In this document: in pieces, positions 38,201 to 52,152 of the stretch
How positions within the stretch are numbered: position 1 is the first letter of the stretch
Layout: each line of letters starts with the position of its first letter
Assembly: GCA_043228905.1 (NCBI GenBank)
Contig: JBHGNT010000020.1
Location: 2,356,001 to 2,420,000 of the forward strand
Direction: 5' to 3'
From: Azolla caroliniana
Lineage: Eukaryota > Plantae > Polypodiophyta
Length of the DNA stretch: 64,000 bases
Notes under the pieces: generated by a model
The model's database searches: none
Told to the model about the DNA's origin: nothing
The model's input: the letters and a program-made list of their open reading frames with translations, nothing else
Translations under genes and position numbers: made by a program

Positions 38201-41200
38201 ACGTCGGACAGAAGGGGAGGCTGATGAACGTATTACACGTTCCAACAATCACGAAGAACCTGGTGTCGGTCAGACAGATCGTCGACCAAGGGATGCAGGT
38301 GCGGTTTACGCACCTCGGGTGCTTCATCGAGGAAGAGGGCTAGATTATTGCGCAAGGGCGCAGAGACAGGAGAATGTTTATCCTCGACACCAATGACGTC
38401 GGCACCACTCTATTTGCAAAAGGACAGAAGGTCGAATCGGACATCGACCTGTGGCACAAGCGGATAGGCCATGTCAATTACCGGAGTCTTCAAGACCTGC
38501 AAACGAAACAAGTTGTTTTCGGTTTGCCGAAGTTTAGCGGCCGGAAGGCCCAAGTATGTGATGCCTGCCAACTCGGGAAGCAACACCGGCTTCCATTCCC
38601 CACCGAACGTAACCGAAGCCGTAACAAGCTCGACCTTATCCATTTGGATGTGTGGGGACCGGCACAGAATGTTAGTCTTGGCGGGAGTCGATATTTCGTC
38701 TCCTTCATTGACGACTATACGCGGCACACATGGATCTACCTCATTGAGCGGAAGAGGGAAGTGTTCGAGTGTTTCCGGAGTCTCCAGTTATCTGTAGCAA
38801 AAGGAAATTCGGCGAGAGTTCAGCTGCAGATACACACCGCAACAGAACGGTGTTGCCAAAAGGAAGAACCGGTCGCTTATTGATGCGGCAAGGGCAATGT
38901 TGGAGGAAAAGAGCATGCCCAAATTCTACTGGGCGGAGACAGTCTGAACAACTATCTACATCCAGAACTGGATCGGTGACAAGGTGTCAGCTCATGAGCT
39001 GTATTTCGGGCGCAAGCCGAATTTGAGAGACCTTAAGATCTTCGGTAGCATTGCATATGTGCATGTACCGGAAGAGAAGCGGAGGAAGCTGGATGCAAAA
39101 TCGGAAAAAATGTCTCCTAATCGGCTATGCTCAAGAGCAAAAGGGTTATAAGTGTTATAACCCTCGGACAAAGAAGGTCCAAGTTAGTCGAGATGTCAAG
39201 TTTGATGAATCGGCATCGTGGTACTCTTTACCGACTCCGACTTCCGAATTTGACCCGATGCCGATGGATGTGGCTAGTGAGCCTGAACCGGCCCAGGTAG
39301 AGGATGATGAAGCGTGGACTCAGGATGAGAGTCTGGAATCGTTCCGGTTGAGTGGGCCAAATGAGAGATTGAATCAATCTGACCAGTTCGATGAGGAACC
39401 GGCGAGTAGTGGAGACTCTGCCGTGCACTCCCCGTGCAAGGAACCGCGGCGACGGTTCACGCGCAAAGAGAAGGGGAAGAAGAAGATGCCGGAATTCGAA
39501 ACCGGCAACGATGAGTCGGATCAGTGTGCATCCAACTCCAGCAAGGAGAAAGGCGGATCTTCGGCAACGAAGACCGAACTGGCTAAGAAGGGCCTCAAAC
39601 CGGGTAACAGTGAGTTACGTCGGTCCACTCGCCAAAAGGATCCCGTCAAGCGGTACGGGTACAATGAGTACATGGCGCATCACTATGCGTACATGACTAA
39701 GGTGGCGGAAGTGCGTGAGCCGGAGAGTTACGCAGATGCGGCCAAGGACGCAAATTGGCGTGCCACTATGGAAGAAGAAATGCGGGCACTTGATGTCAAC
39801 AAGACATGGGACCTGGTTGACCCTCCTCGTCACTGTAAACTGATTGGATGCAAGTGGATATACAAGGTAAAGTACAACGTTGACGGTTCTATTAACTGGT
39901 ATAAAGCCCAGTTAGTGGCGAAGGGATACGCGCAGACCCACGGAATCGACTACGACGAGACCTTCGCTCCGGTAGCGAAGATGACGACGGTTTGTGTGGT
40001 GCTGGCGGTTGCTGCAGCAAGGGGGTGACATCTTCACCATATGGATGTGAAGAATGCGTTTCTTCAGGGTGATCTTGAAGAAGAAGTCTTTATGACTCAG
40101 CCCCCCGGCTTTGAATCGGAGATGAACAAGTCGGCGGTATGCCGGTTGAAGAAGTCGTTGTACGGCCTGAAGCAAGCCCCTCGAGCTTGGAATGCGAAGA
40201 TCACACACCGGTTGCGTAAGATGGGGTTTGTGGCCTCCAAATCAGACTCTTCGTTGTTCATCCGGCAAGGCTCAGCCGGTCTGGTATGTATACTGCTGTA
40301 TGTTGATGATCTAGTCATCACCGGACCGGGTGTTCCAGAAATTAACCGCGTCAAGTCCCTGTTGTCGGACGCATTTGAGATGAAGGACCTGTGGGACCTT
40401 CATTATTTTCTAGGGATCGAGGTGATCCAAACCCCCGACGACATATTACTCTCACAATGACATTACGTCTTGAATATGTTGTACAAGTTCGGCATGACAT
40501 AATGTTGACCTGTCTCCACACCCTTGGACCGGAACCAAAAGCTTCGTCCCAACTCTGGACCGGCTTGCAATGAGAAACGGTTCCGACAAATCGTCAGAAG
40601 CCTTATTTATTTGACTATGACGCGATCCGACATCAGCTATCCGGTCGGAATGATAAGTCAATTCATGCAAAAGCCGACCGTGGAGCACCTTCAGTGTGCG
40701 CTGCGGATACTGCGATATGTAAGCGGCACGAAGGACTGGGGCCTGTTATACCGCCACGGTATACCCAAAGAGCTGGTCGGTTACACAGATGACGTCTGGG
40801 CCGGAGATGCATCAGATCGCCGATCAACCTCCGGATTTATGTTTTCCCTTGGGAGTGCAACTATTGCGTGGAGCAGCAAAAAGCAGCCAACAGTGGCTCT
40901 ATCAAGCATTGAGGCTGAGTACCGGGGCCCGACCTTTGCAACCTGCGAGGCCATTTGGCTTCGGCGGATCAAGGTACCAACCCCAATCCCGATTTATTGT
41001 GATAACATCAGCAGCATGTAGCTCGCCAAGAACCTTGTGTTCCATGCTCACACGAAGCACATAGAAGTGCATTATCACTTTGTGCGTGAGCGGGTCCTGA
41101 GCAGTGAAGTTGAACTACGGTATGTTCACACGGATCGGCAAGTTGCCGATATCTTCACCAAGCCGCTCGGATCGGACAAGTTGCAACACATTACCGACAT

Positions 41201-44200
41201 GCTTGGTGTTCAGCATCTCGACGTGCCACACTTGAGGGGGAGAATGGGCAGAGACACCGGAACGGGCAAAGGCAAAGAGACTGCAAATTGCGTCGGTGAG
41301 GGAAGAACAAAAGGCAGTAGAGTCAAGAAGGACAGAGCCGACCGAAGGAAGAAGGCCAAGACCCGGACATGGTCCGATGTGGTAATGGGCTTGGAACCAG
41401 AAGACGAATCGGGAGCAACCGATTCGGACAAGTGCTGGAACAAATCGGAGACAGTCGATTCGGTTCAAAAGATAGATTCGGAAGAACTGGATCAATTCAA
41501 GGCCAAGCAGACAAGGATGCAATGGAAGTCGATGCCATCGCGGAGGAACCGATGGATCGGCAAGCGCCGGAGTCATAGCAACAAAGGAGCTGAGAGGGGC
41601 CTATTGAGTAGACGTGCCGACCAAGAAGGTCGAGGTGCGCAGAACCAGAAGGGCCGTGGCAAACGGGACCGGACCGGACGAGGAGCGCGAGCAAGGCGAA
41701 GCGACGCCAGGAGAAGTCGGTTGGAAGAACTGACTGCCATAGAGACTAACACTAAGATCCAACCTCAAGTTGAGCTTGAGGGGGAGTGTTGAGCGGCAAG
41801 CTCAACTGGAGCCAGATCGACTGAATAAGCCTGAGCCGGCAAGAGAGACAGATCGGTAAGCTGTGAGCAACCGAGCCGGCAAGAAACAAAGCCGGTGAGC
41901 TGGGGAGCTAGTTAGCCGGATCCAATCAGTAACCGGAAGCCTAGTATTAGTGTAGACTACTAGGCAATTATAGTCTCGTAGTAAGTGTCAGATGCTCGTG
42001 TGAGCATTGAAGTACGCAGTACTTCTGTCAGTCCCACGAGCATAGTTGTAGGTATAGAGTGTTTTTATCGTTTTTGAATATAGCCTTGAAGTTCTGCTCT
42101 CTCTGTCTCTCCCGTGTACTCTGTGTATTCCCTACCTTCTCTATTTTCTAACGCTTCTAACGCTTCTGCAAGTAATCGTTTACAGAACGACTATGGAAAC
42201 GACAGAGGAGAAGAGCTCGGTTCCAGTCCGGCAGCACTTCGTCCTCCACAAAACGCGATATCCCTTACAATACCTCTCCCTCTCTTTTATAGACCAAGGA
42301 GGGAGGCCGTTACCACCCGTTACATCATGTTTATTCCCTGTCCGATATGCCTCGATTTTCTTCCTAATGAATTTATGCTACCTAGCATTTCACCTCAGCC
42401 GACTTGTACCTATCTACGTACTATACAACAAAACTTGTACCCTCGTGTAAGGGCCAGTTTACGCATGTTATACCCGGTTTCCGCCTAGGGACGGTTTTCT
42501 CCACGACACCGGAGCCGTAAACAACAAAACTAGAATCTCTGAACAAAACGACCGGTGCGGACCACCAAGAGGAGGAGAGAGTTCCGACACCACCACCCAA
42601 GTCACCGAAGGAACAGGAGGAGCGAGTTTTGACACCGCCCCGGCAGCACAAGAAGATGATGACACAATGCCTTACCAATATCCAAAGTATCGAGATGACC
42701 CGGACGTGGAAGCCCACATATATGCGTTTCTCCAAACATGGTAGGCAAACCATGTCTCCCAACGACTGACCGAAGTAGAGGCCGAACGATCAAAAATAGC
42801 AGAATTCGGCATGACTTTGGAGGGACCAACGACACGATGCCACTCTAAGCACCTCCCCGACAGTATCGCCATGTTTGAAGAGTTAAAGACAAGATTTCTA
42901 CGATTCTTCCATAGACAGGTGGATCAAAGAGAAATTTTCGGGCAATTCTATATGACACGACAGGACCCGTCAAAAACCATTCAGTAGTTTGTTATCCGGT
43001 TCCAGAGGATGCATAGTCAACTCACCAGAGCACTGCCGGAAGAAGAAGCGAAAGCGGTATATTTGGCAACGCTCCGGGAACCCCTCCGAACTGTGTGTGC
43101 AGTCATAGATTTTCGGACCAGCACAATAAACTAGGTCATTGACCGGATCATGAACATGGACAAAAATAGTTTGTGGTTGATGATGGGAGCACTCCAAAGA
43201 ACACTCCCTACCGAAGAGGACCTACGGTTTCACCAGGCAATACAATGCACAACGTGCCTTAATCCCAGGCACTCAACAATAGAGTGCACAATGAGATCGT
43301 AGTGCATGCTATGTCATTCCCGGTCACACACAATGGACCACTATGAATACAACTTGCTAAATCGGAAAGTTGCACCAGTCCGACACATCGAAACTCGGAA
43401 CGATCGAGAAGACGAAGAAGAACGATTTCAGTGAGATGATCGCTACAGACCAATACAAGACATCTGATACAACGATAGACGAGATGATTATGACCGGGAC
43501 CGGAATGATCGAAGCCGGGACTATAACGACGATCGTTATGATCAAGATTACTTCCTCGGCTACAATCGGAGCAGAGAGGATCAACGGGGAGACTATGATG
43601 ATCGGCGCCGGCAAGGACATTGGAACAACCAATGTTATAATAAAAAATGGAATGCTCAAAAAGAGGAGCGTTGAGAACCAGCAAAGGATTACCAACGGGA
43701 GCCGAATAGAAGCATAACTAGCGCTCAATCGGAACAAGGAAGAATAGAGGAGCCCAATCGGGCAGTATCCGGTTTTCAGCCGGGTAACGCGCCAAAAGCA
43801 GATTCTAGCAATACACGGAAGGTGTATTGCTACTATTGCCGGCAGGACGGGCACTACAACAATCAGTGTCCAGTGAAGACTAACGAAAAATGGCTGGCAG
43901 TCAACATGGTGGTCATGGAGGTGGCTGACATCCAACAAGTCACCACCAGGTCAAAAGGGAAGATTGCCGAATGGGAGGCTCAGGAAGCTATCCGAAAACA
44001 AGCCACAGAATGGATCGAAAAAGTGAACGAACGGAATGTCACCAAACTACAGGAGCAAAGGAAATTATCGGAGGAACCCACAGAGACAATGTAGCAGGAG
44101 AACCGCACGTGGCAGGCACTACAAGAATGCTAGATCATGCTACCACTAGGTTGGTTGCTGCAATTAGTGCCCCGATTCACCGATGGTTTAAAATCAGCAT

Positions 44201-44806
44201 TGGCCCCACGAAGCCCCGCATCAGCTCTAACGTTCTTCTCAAATCCGAAAGAGGGACCAAAAGTGGTAGACAAGAGCAATCTAGAAATCACCGCCATCAT
44301 CAAAGGACGAGAAGTACCGGGGACAATTGTCGATGGTGGATCGGGAGTAAATGTAATAAGCCTACGAACATGCAACACTCTAGGAATCCAAGAATGGGAA
44401 CCATGCCCATTCTGGCTCCGGATGGCGGACACTAGTTTGGTACGACCGACCGGATTTATCCGGGACTTGGAAGTGACAATCGGAGGCCATGCCTTCTAGA
44501 TTTCTGCAGTGTTCCTCTAGTTGAATGCGCAAGGAGCATATCCTCTGTTGCTGGGATGACCATGGTTACGGACTGCTCATATAAAACAAAAATGGCAGAA
44601 GAACAATATTACATTCCGAAGATGGAAAACTAAGGTGAGAGTACCAACACAACCCCGTGCAGGCCCAAGCAAGGAAGTAACACCATTGTATGCCGAAAGT
44701 GTGAACATGCTAGAAGGGCTTGCCGATGAAGGAGTAGATTGATACCTCGAGGAGAACCCAAAGATAGTTCCTTTGTTTGAAGTAGACGTTGTCAAAGCGG
44801 TCTCCT
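35288..44806 (+). mobile_element. Non-chromoviral (Tat/Athila-like) Gypsy 5' part: LTR 35288-35737, tRNA-Arg PBS, leader, degenerate gag-PR; interrupted by a Copia
   Basis: TGTT..AACA; TGGCGACCAC at 35744; YPKYRDDPDVEAHIYAF gag; CYYCRQDGHYNNQC; IVDGGSGVN protease at about 44325. Confidence 0.8.
36527..42184 (+). mobile_element. Full-length degenerate Ty1/Copia, TSD GAACG
   Basis: LTRs 36527-36949 and 41787-42184; PBS TGGTATCAGAGC 36950; gag CWYCGKKGHRESEC, PR WYVDSGASNHM, IN, RT LLYVDDLVI, RNase H. Confidence 0.95.
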
Positions 44807-45157
44807 TGTCAGGAGCAGTACTAAGATAGAGAAGTACTGCCAGTATTAGTACTAAAAGATGAGGATTAGTACTAAGGGAGGTGTAGAACTCTCAAGGGAA
44901 GGAAAGAGTGAGTGAGAGAGAGAGATCGAGAGAGAGAGAGAATGAGGATAACAAAAGATATATTATGTTAAGGGAATATAAAATAGTAGCTAGGAGGCTT
45001 AAGATTAGCGTTGAACCGATTTGGTTCGAAATAACTCCTTATGCCTCCTCTTATAGTGTTCTCAGGAGTACTCCTGAAGTTTTTAGAATGTTCCAGAGAA
45101 ATCTGGAATATACATCAATTTTCTATATGAAAATAATATTTTTCGTATTACAATACA

Positions 45158-45215
45158 TAGCCTAATGGTAAGAGCTCGACCCATGCAACATAAGGTCATG
45201 GGTTCGAGTCTTGCC
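45158..45215 (+). promoter_or_regulatory. tRNA-like A/B-box cassette in LTR B (best-preserved A box)
   Basis: TAGCCTAATGG (45158) ... GGTTCGAGTC (45201). Confidence 0.7.
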
Positions 45216-45740
45216 ATATCATGACACTATCCTCATTTTAAAATGACGAGTGTCACGAGTTGTTTTGGATTGAGGACTCGGTTTGTCTGGATATTGACTA
45301 TGGAAGTACGCTCGCTGGGACTATATTCTAGCCAATCAACTAAATAGTAGAGCTTGTACTCAGGTCCATCTTCAAGTTCAATCGGGGGTGAAGGTGGTTT
45401 AACACGATTTGGGATGGTGCTGTCCTGATAGGGTTCTAGGAGAGAACTATGGAATATTAGATGTATCCGTAGCTGTGGAGGTAGATCTAAACGAAAAGCG
45501 ACATCATTAATCTTTCCGATAATACCAAAAGGACCTAATCGCTAATACTCCAACATCTCGCATGGGCTAGTAGTCTTAGTGTGTCGTCGTAGTAGCCACA
45601 CCTGATCTTCAATGTCAAAACTGGATGGAAGCCGATGATGATCCACGTAAATCTTGTGTGTTTGTTGAGCTTGATGTAGATGAGTAGATAAATCTGCTTG
45701 TATCTTACATAGCCGCTCCAAACGATCATCTACACAAGGA

Positions 45741-48700
45741 TGTTGGCATAAAAGGCCGACTCCTTCCAAATTGTATTCGTCCGAGTGTAAACTCGTTAAT
45801 AAGTTAGGGCTTAGTATATAAGCAAATACCTAACATTGTAATGAGTGATGACGAGCAGAGTATCGAATCTCTAAACAAGAACGAAGTAGTAAGAAGCTTT
45901 CCATTAAAGCTCCATCTGTGTAAGTCTCCACGTCTATTCTATTTTCTGTATGTGTTGTTTGCTATTTAGTACGGACTACAGATCCATACACGTTTCTGCA
46001 CATAGCGCTCGTACTCACAATTGGTATCAGAGCGAATCTCTACTGTTCGGCGGCAATAGACAATAGAAGAAGCTGTCACAAATAGAATATGGCATCAACA
46101 TCCGGAATTGGAGTTGAAATCAGAAAATTCGATGGCAAAAACTTTGCCCTGTGGAAGGAGATGATGCAGGATGTGCTAATCATTCGAAGTCAGGTCGAAG
46201 CCATTTGGCACAGCGAAAAACCTGCATCAATGACAGTCGCGGAGTGGAGATCAACAGACGAAATCACACGCTCCACCCTCCGAATGCATCTGGCCAAAAA
46301 CGTCTATTTCATCATGGCGAAAGAGACGACATCGTTCTCATTGTGGGAGAAGCTACATGCCATTTATGAGAAGAAGTCCTCATCTTCGAGACTAATCTTG
46401 ATCAAACAATTGTTCAAGATGAAGATGAAAGAGACTGATCCCGCAACCTCCCACATCAACACCTTCAGTCGGGTGTTGTCAGAGGTCTCGTCACAAGGGA
46501 TCAACTTCAAAGAAGAAGTGAAAGCCCTTGCCCTCCTATCGAGCTTGCCGACGAGTTGGGAGGTATTTTGTGTGACTTACGCCAATAGCCGACCGGTCCT
46601 AAATCTGGACGAAACAACCGGCCAAGTCCTCACAGAGGCTCCCGGTACTTCATCACATTTGTAGATGACTGTACACGGAAAGTTTGGGCATACTCCATCA
46701 AGTCCAAAGATGAAGCGCTCGAGTTCTTCACTCGATGGATATCTGAAGTGGAGAACCGGTCGAGATAAAGAGTGAAGACACTCCGATCTGACAATGGAGA
46801 TGAGTACACCTCCAAAGCCTTCAAACAATACCTGTCCAACAAAGGGATCCGGCACCAAAAGACCAGTCCCTACACACCAATGCAGAAAGGGGTGGCTGAA
46901 CGAATCAACCAAACGATCCAGGAAAGGGTGACAGCAATGCTCCAACAAGATGGACTGAAGCTGGAATTTTGGGCCGAGGCATTGCAGATGGTAGTGTACC
47001 TGATAAATCTGGCGCCGTCAAGAGCAATCAGGCTCGAAGTGCCACATGCACTATGGTCAGGCAAACAACCGACCTACAATAGGCTCCGTATATTCGGATG
47101 TGAAGCCTATGCGTTCATCCCTAGGGACAAAAGGACGAAGTTGGCACCCCATGCAACAAAGTGCATATTTCTCGGTTATGGAACCGATGGGGACTTCGGC
47201 TACCGGCTATGGGACCCTGAGAACCGGAAATTGATCCGGAGCAGCGACGTAGTCTTTAATGAAGACTCTATCTTCTCTCAGCAGAACCAACAGAAACCAG
47301 TTCATAAGAAGGTATCCTTCGAAGATGACAGCACTGTCGTGGAAGGACCGACCAACCAGGCCGAATCGGAGACTCGACAAACAGTCGAACTCCAACAAGC
47401 TGCCAACTTCCCTGCCGACACCGAATCGGCAACAAGTCCTATTGTCGAACTCAAAGAAAAAGTCTTCAAAGACACATTCGAATCAACAAGGATCGATATA
47501 GGCAAAGTTACCAAGAGACAAGTTAGAAAAGAGTTGACGACAACCATAAGGGAGGACAACCAGACACCGCCAAAATCCCAAATCGGGGGCGGGACACCTC
47601 ACAGGACTCCTGACACAACTGGTTCAAGAAATACTGATCGTCAATCGGAACCGATCGAAGGATCCAAACCAGATATTACGGCACCCAGGAGATCTGGACG
47701 AGCACGAAGGCCAACAAAGTTTTATCAACGAGGCCTTGACTATTTCAACTACATGGACGCAGGCAAACCAAGCACGTATGACGAAGCTATGGCCGCACTG
47801 GATGCCGAAACATGGCTGCAGGCCATGAAATCTGAAATGGACTCGATTCATCAGAATCAGACATGGGAGGTGGTTGAACTACTAGCAGGAAGAAAGTCGC
47901 TACCATGCAAATGGGTGTTCCGATACAAGTATGTATATGACTTAGAGAAACCCAAGTACAAAGCTCGGCTTGTTGCGAAAGGATTCAAACAGGAATACGG
48001 GGTCGACTACGATGAGATATTATCATTAGTGGTCAAGACGACCACCCTCCGACTCCTACTAAGAGTCATGGCGACAGAAGATCTAGAGCTCGAGCAGATG
48101 GACGTAAAGATGGCATTCCTACACGGAGATCTGGAAGAAGACATATACATGTCTCAACCGGCAGGCTTCACAACGACGGTGGAGGACTGTCACCTCGTAT
48201 ATTGACTAAAGAAAAGTCTATATGGCCTAAAACAAGCACCGAGAATGTGGTACCAGAAGTTTGTCTCATACATATGGCAGCTTGGATACAATAGATCAAA
48301 CTCCGACCCATGCATGTATGCTCGGCAACTGGCCGACGAGTCAAGGATCTACCTGATCCTATACGTCAACGACATGTTGATTACAGGGAGCAATCAACTA
48401 GAGATCGGCAAGCTGAAGCAGAGCCTTCACGCAAAGTTCGCAATGAAGGAACTCGGACAAGACTGACACATACTGGGCAAGAGGATAGAGCGAAATCGGA
48501 CGACCAAAACTCTTCGACTCTCCCATTCTGAATACATCTGCAAGGTGTTGAAGCGCTTCAACATGGAGAATGTGAAGCCAACACCAACATCGCTTTCGAC
48601 ATCGATCAAACTATCAGATAGAGACTCTCCTGCAACGGACAAGGAGAGAGAGCTTGATGGAAAGATACCCTTCACATCGGCAGTAGGACGTATCATGTAC

Positions 48701-49809
48701 GCAATGGTGGCGACCAGACCTGACCTAGCCTATGCCGTAGGAGTGGTTAGCCGGTACATGTCAAACCTAGGAAAGAAGCATTGGGAGTCCGTCAAGCACA
48801 TCTTCAGGTATCTAAAAGGAACCATGGATGCACAACTGACTTTCGGACTGACAACCTCAACCAAAGTCGAAGGCTACATCGATTCCGACTATGCCGAAAA
48901 TGCAGATAATCGAAAATCGACATCAGGCTACATCTTCACTTATGGTGGCGGTGCGATATCATGGAGGTCAAAACTTCAAGAGTGTACGACTCTATCTACC
49001 ACAAAAGCCGAGTACATAGCAGCATCGAAAGCAGCGAAGGAAGCGATCTGACTGCACCGACTGACTGCAGACTTCGGAATTGCAAACCGAATAGACCGAC
49101 CAATGCCGACTATCTATTGTGACTCACAGAGCGCAATGCACCTCATCAACAATCTTGTCTACCATGCGAAGACAAAGCACATTGAGGTGCGGTATCATCA
49201 TATCCGAGAGCTTGTGACCAAGAAGAAACTCGAAGTTTGGAAGATCGACGCCGAGGTGAACATCATCGATTGCCTGACGAAGCCACTCCCAGATCAACGC
49301 TTCGGAACACTAAGGACGAAGATGGCGCTATGACAAGCAACCGAGCACAAGAAAGCTGAACGGGGAGCAGAAGATAAGAGCTGACTGACACTCATACTAT
49401 ACCTCTGCCGACTCGGCTACTTGCCGACAAACTTGTAACATAAGATCTAGTTAAATTTGTAATCTAGGTTGACGGGGGAGATAACCCCAAGCACTTGTAC
49501 ATGCAAGAAAGAGTAGTCCTTTTATGGGGGAGTTTGTTGGAATAAAAGGTCGACTCCTTCCAAATTGTATCCGTTAAGTGTGGAATCGTTAATAAGTTAG
49601 GGCTTAGTATATAAGCGAATACCTAACATTGTAATGAGTGATGACGAGTAGAGTATCGAATCTCTGAAAAAGAACGTAGTAAGAATATTTCCATTAAAGC
49701 TCCATCTGTGTAAGTCTCCACATCTATTCTATTTTCTGTATCTGTTGTTTGCTGTTCAGTACGAACTACAAATCCATACACGTTTCCGCACATACCGCTC
49801 GTACTCACA
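45741..49809 (+). mobile_element. Ty1/Copia (Tork-like) with internal deletion of gag C-terminus and PR
   Basis: LTRs 45741-46019 and 49535-49809; PBS TGGTATCAGAGC 46022; TSD AAGGA/ATGGA (related intact host copy has ACGGA); IN-RT ORF 46772-48205, RNase H to 49333. Confidence 0.92.
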
Positions 49810-51618
49810 ATGGATTTGTAAGTAGTTCTGGAGTTTCAAATGCACACCATCGGGGGTGACAGCCCATGTAAGCATAAAATGGTGTCACCTTTGTCGATGA
49901 GTGGATAGAGTTATTATATGCAAAATCGGTGAAGTGGAGAATAACTTAAAAAGCACCGAAGATACTGCTCCAACGTTTGATTTGTTCGTTCTACTTGAGG
50001 TTACAAGTGACCTTAAGCATTTTAAAGTGGTGTTTCCAAAACTACGAGACGAACTGGGGTCTACTATCGCTGATGATACTATCGGGAAGGCCATGATGTC
50101 GACATACTTCACGCAGGACAATTTTGGTGGTTTCTTCACTTGAGATTTCCTTACTACATGGCAGGAAATGGGCCATCTTCGTATATCGATCTACTACTGT
50201 TAAGATCGCATTGAATCCCTTAGAGACCCGAAGATTTGTGATGAAATCTAGGGCAATGGATTGCTTGGACTTGGTAATGGTTCTAATAAACCAAATGGAT
50301 GATGCCTTGGCATTTTTGCTCTGCAACATGTATCACACGTCCAAACAAAATCTTCGACAAATTGTCGCATATGGGGTCACCAAAATGATCGTTGTACTAA
50401 ATCGAGTGTTTTAGTACTATCAAAATGCCTAGTTGTATATGTGTCATGACAGTTTTGGACTAATTGAAGGTGACAAGTACCATTAGGAACATACAAGCGT
50501 CTCTTAAAGAATAGTAATCCATCATGACATTCGAATTGTCGATAGTCCGTACCTGGTTGTTGCGACTGTGAACAAGATGCTCGAGAAAGATCAATTTGTA
50601 CTAGAATGGCGAGCGAAAGCATCTGTCTTCAAGTCCTCACGTGTGGTATCGATAACGTGGGAATCCAAGGGCATACCGAAGACCTGCATTGCTTGCAATC
50701 GTGCCAGTCCTAGGATTACTTGCTTTTGGTTATCGAAAGCCGGTTCGCTGGGACGTGGTGCGAGATTAGAGCGCCGTGATAATGCATCTGCCTTCCCTTG
50801 TTGCTTCCCCGGACGATATGTAATTTTGAAGTCGAAATGAGTGAGGAATTGGCCCCACCGAGCTTGACGTCGATTTAACACACGAGCATTCTGAAAGTAG
50901 GCAAGGTTTTTGTGATCACTGAATATGATGACTTAATGAGAAGACCCCTCTAGAAAATGCCTCCATTGCATAAAAGAGTCCACTATTGCTAATATCTCCT
51001 TATCATGAATTTCATAGTTGATTTCCGCGGCGTCAAACTTGCGTGAATGGAAAGCCACAGGATGTAGCTTTTCATCATCGTCTTGTTGAGACAAAATGCT
51101 ACCCAACGCAAAATCCGACTTGTTGAATGGTCTTTCTAAATCAACATGAGCTAAAATAGGAGCTGATGTAAATGCCTTCTTAAGAATCTCAAAAGCGAAT
51201 GATTGTCCCTTCCTAGTAAGTTGTGTGAGAGGCAAAACAAGCTTTGAGTAATCCTGTATGAACTTGTGGTAAAAATTGGCAAAGCCTAAAAAGCATTGCA
51301 CATCTCGCAGCAAGCGCGGAGTCTGCCACTCTACCACCATTTTGACCTTAGTTGGATCCATGGAGATGCCTTCCGAGGAAATGACATAGCCCAAAAATTC
51401 TACCTGGTTGCACCCGAAACTACATTTTTCTAGCTTTGCATAAAGACCATGTTCTTGAAGTCGTTTTAGTACTAACAGTACATGAGAATCATGCTCTTCT
51501 GGGTCTTCGAATAAACCAGTAGATCATCCAAATAGATGATCAAAAAATCCTCCAAGAGATCTCAAAATATATCATTTCCCATGTGTTGGAAGACTACTGG
51601 CGCATTAGTGAGGCCGAA

Positions 51619-51883
51619 TGTTACTCCATACGAGATGTACAGAGAGTCAAGTGTGATGAGCGAGGGTCGAATGTTATCATGATGTTGTGTATGTGTAGGG
51701 GGCATAAATGTAGTTGTGAGTCTATACGTATGTGAACACATGCACACGTGTGTGCATGTGGATGGATACGAGGAGGTGTGAGTGAGTGTCCAGTATGAAT
51801 GCTCGAGGGGGCTTACACCCCTATGTATCTACCCCCTCTTGTACTATTTAACCCCTTATGGGGAATGAATGAAACAGGAATAA

Positions 51884-51939
<56 letters not shown>

Positions 51940-52152
51940 TCATCTCTCTTCCTCTCTCTCCCCTTAACGTTGAACCCCCTTGGGAGGGGGCTGGAGCCAT
52001 TCTAGGCACCACCCCCCACCCCGCAATCCTTTTCTATATGATCTCTCTCACCATCATACTCTCCATCACCATGTATATCTTCATTACCAATCATCATAGT
52101 TATCATTCATCATCATCATCATCCTTAACCCTAACCCTAAAAACCCATAACA
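51619..52152 (+). repeat. LTR family E with (TC)n tract, followed by a degenerate PBS-like TGATGACCAC
   Basis: TGTTA..TAACA; CTATTTAA and AATGAA motifs; homologous to 13083-14019. Confidence 0.8.

Larger units (their letters stand above)
44807..51618 (-). mobile_element. Second, older family B chromovirus (3' LTR 44807-45226, chromodomain, IN, RNase H, part of RT); 5' truncated, split by a Copia
   Basis: Reverse-complement homology to about 17320-20253. Confidence 0.9.

Noticed and set aside
52126-52140. Telomeric repeat (TAACCC)n
   Set aside because: Only about 2.5 units, part of the LTR E end; not an interstitial telomere.
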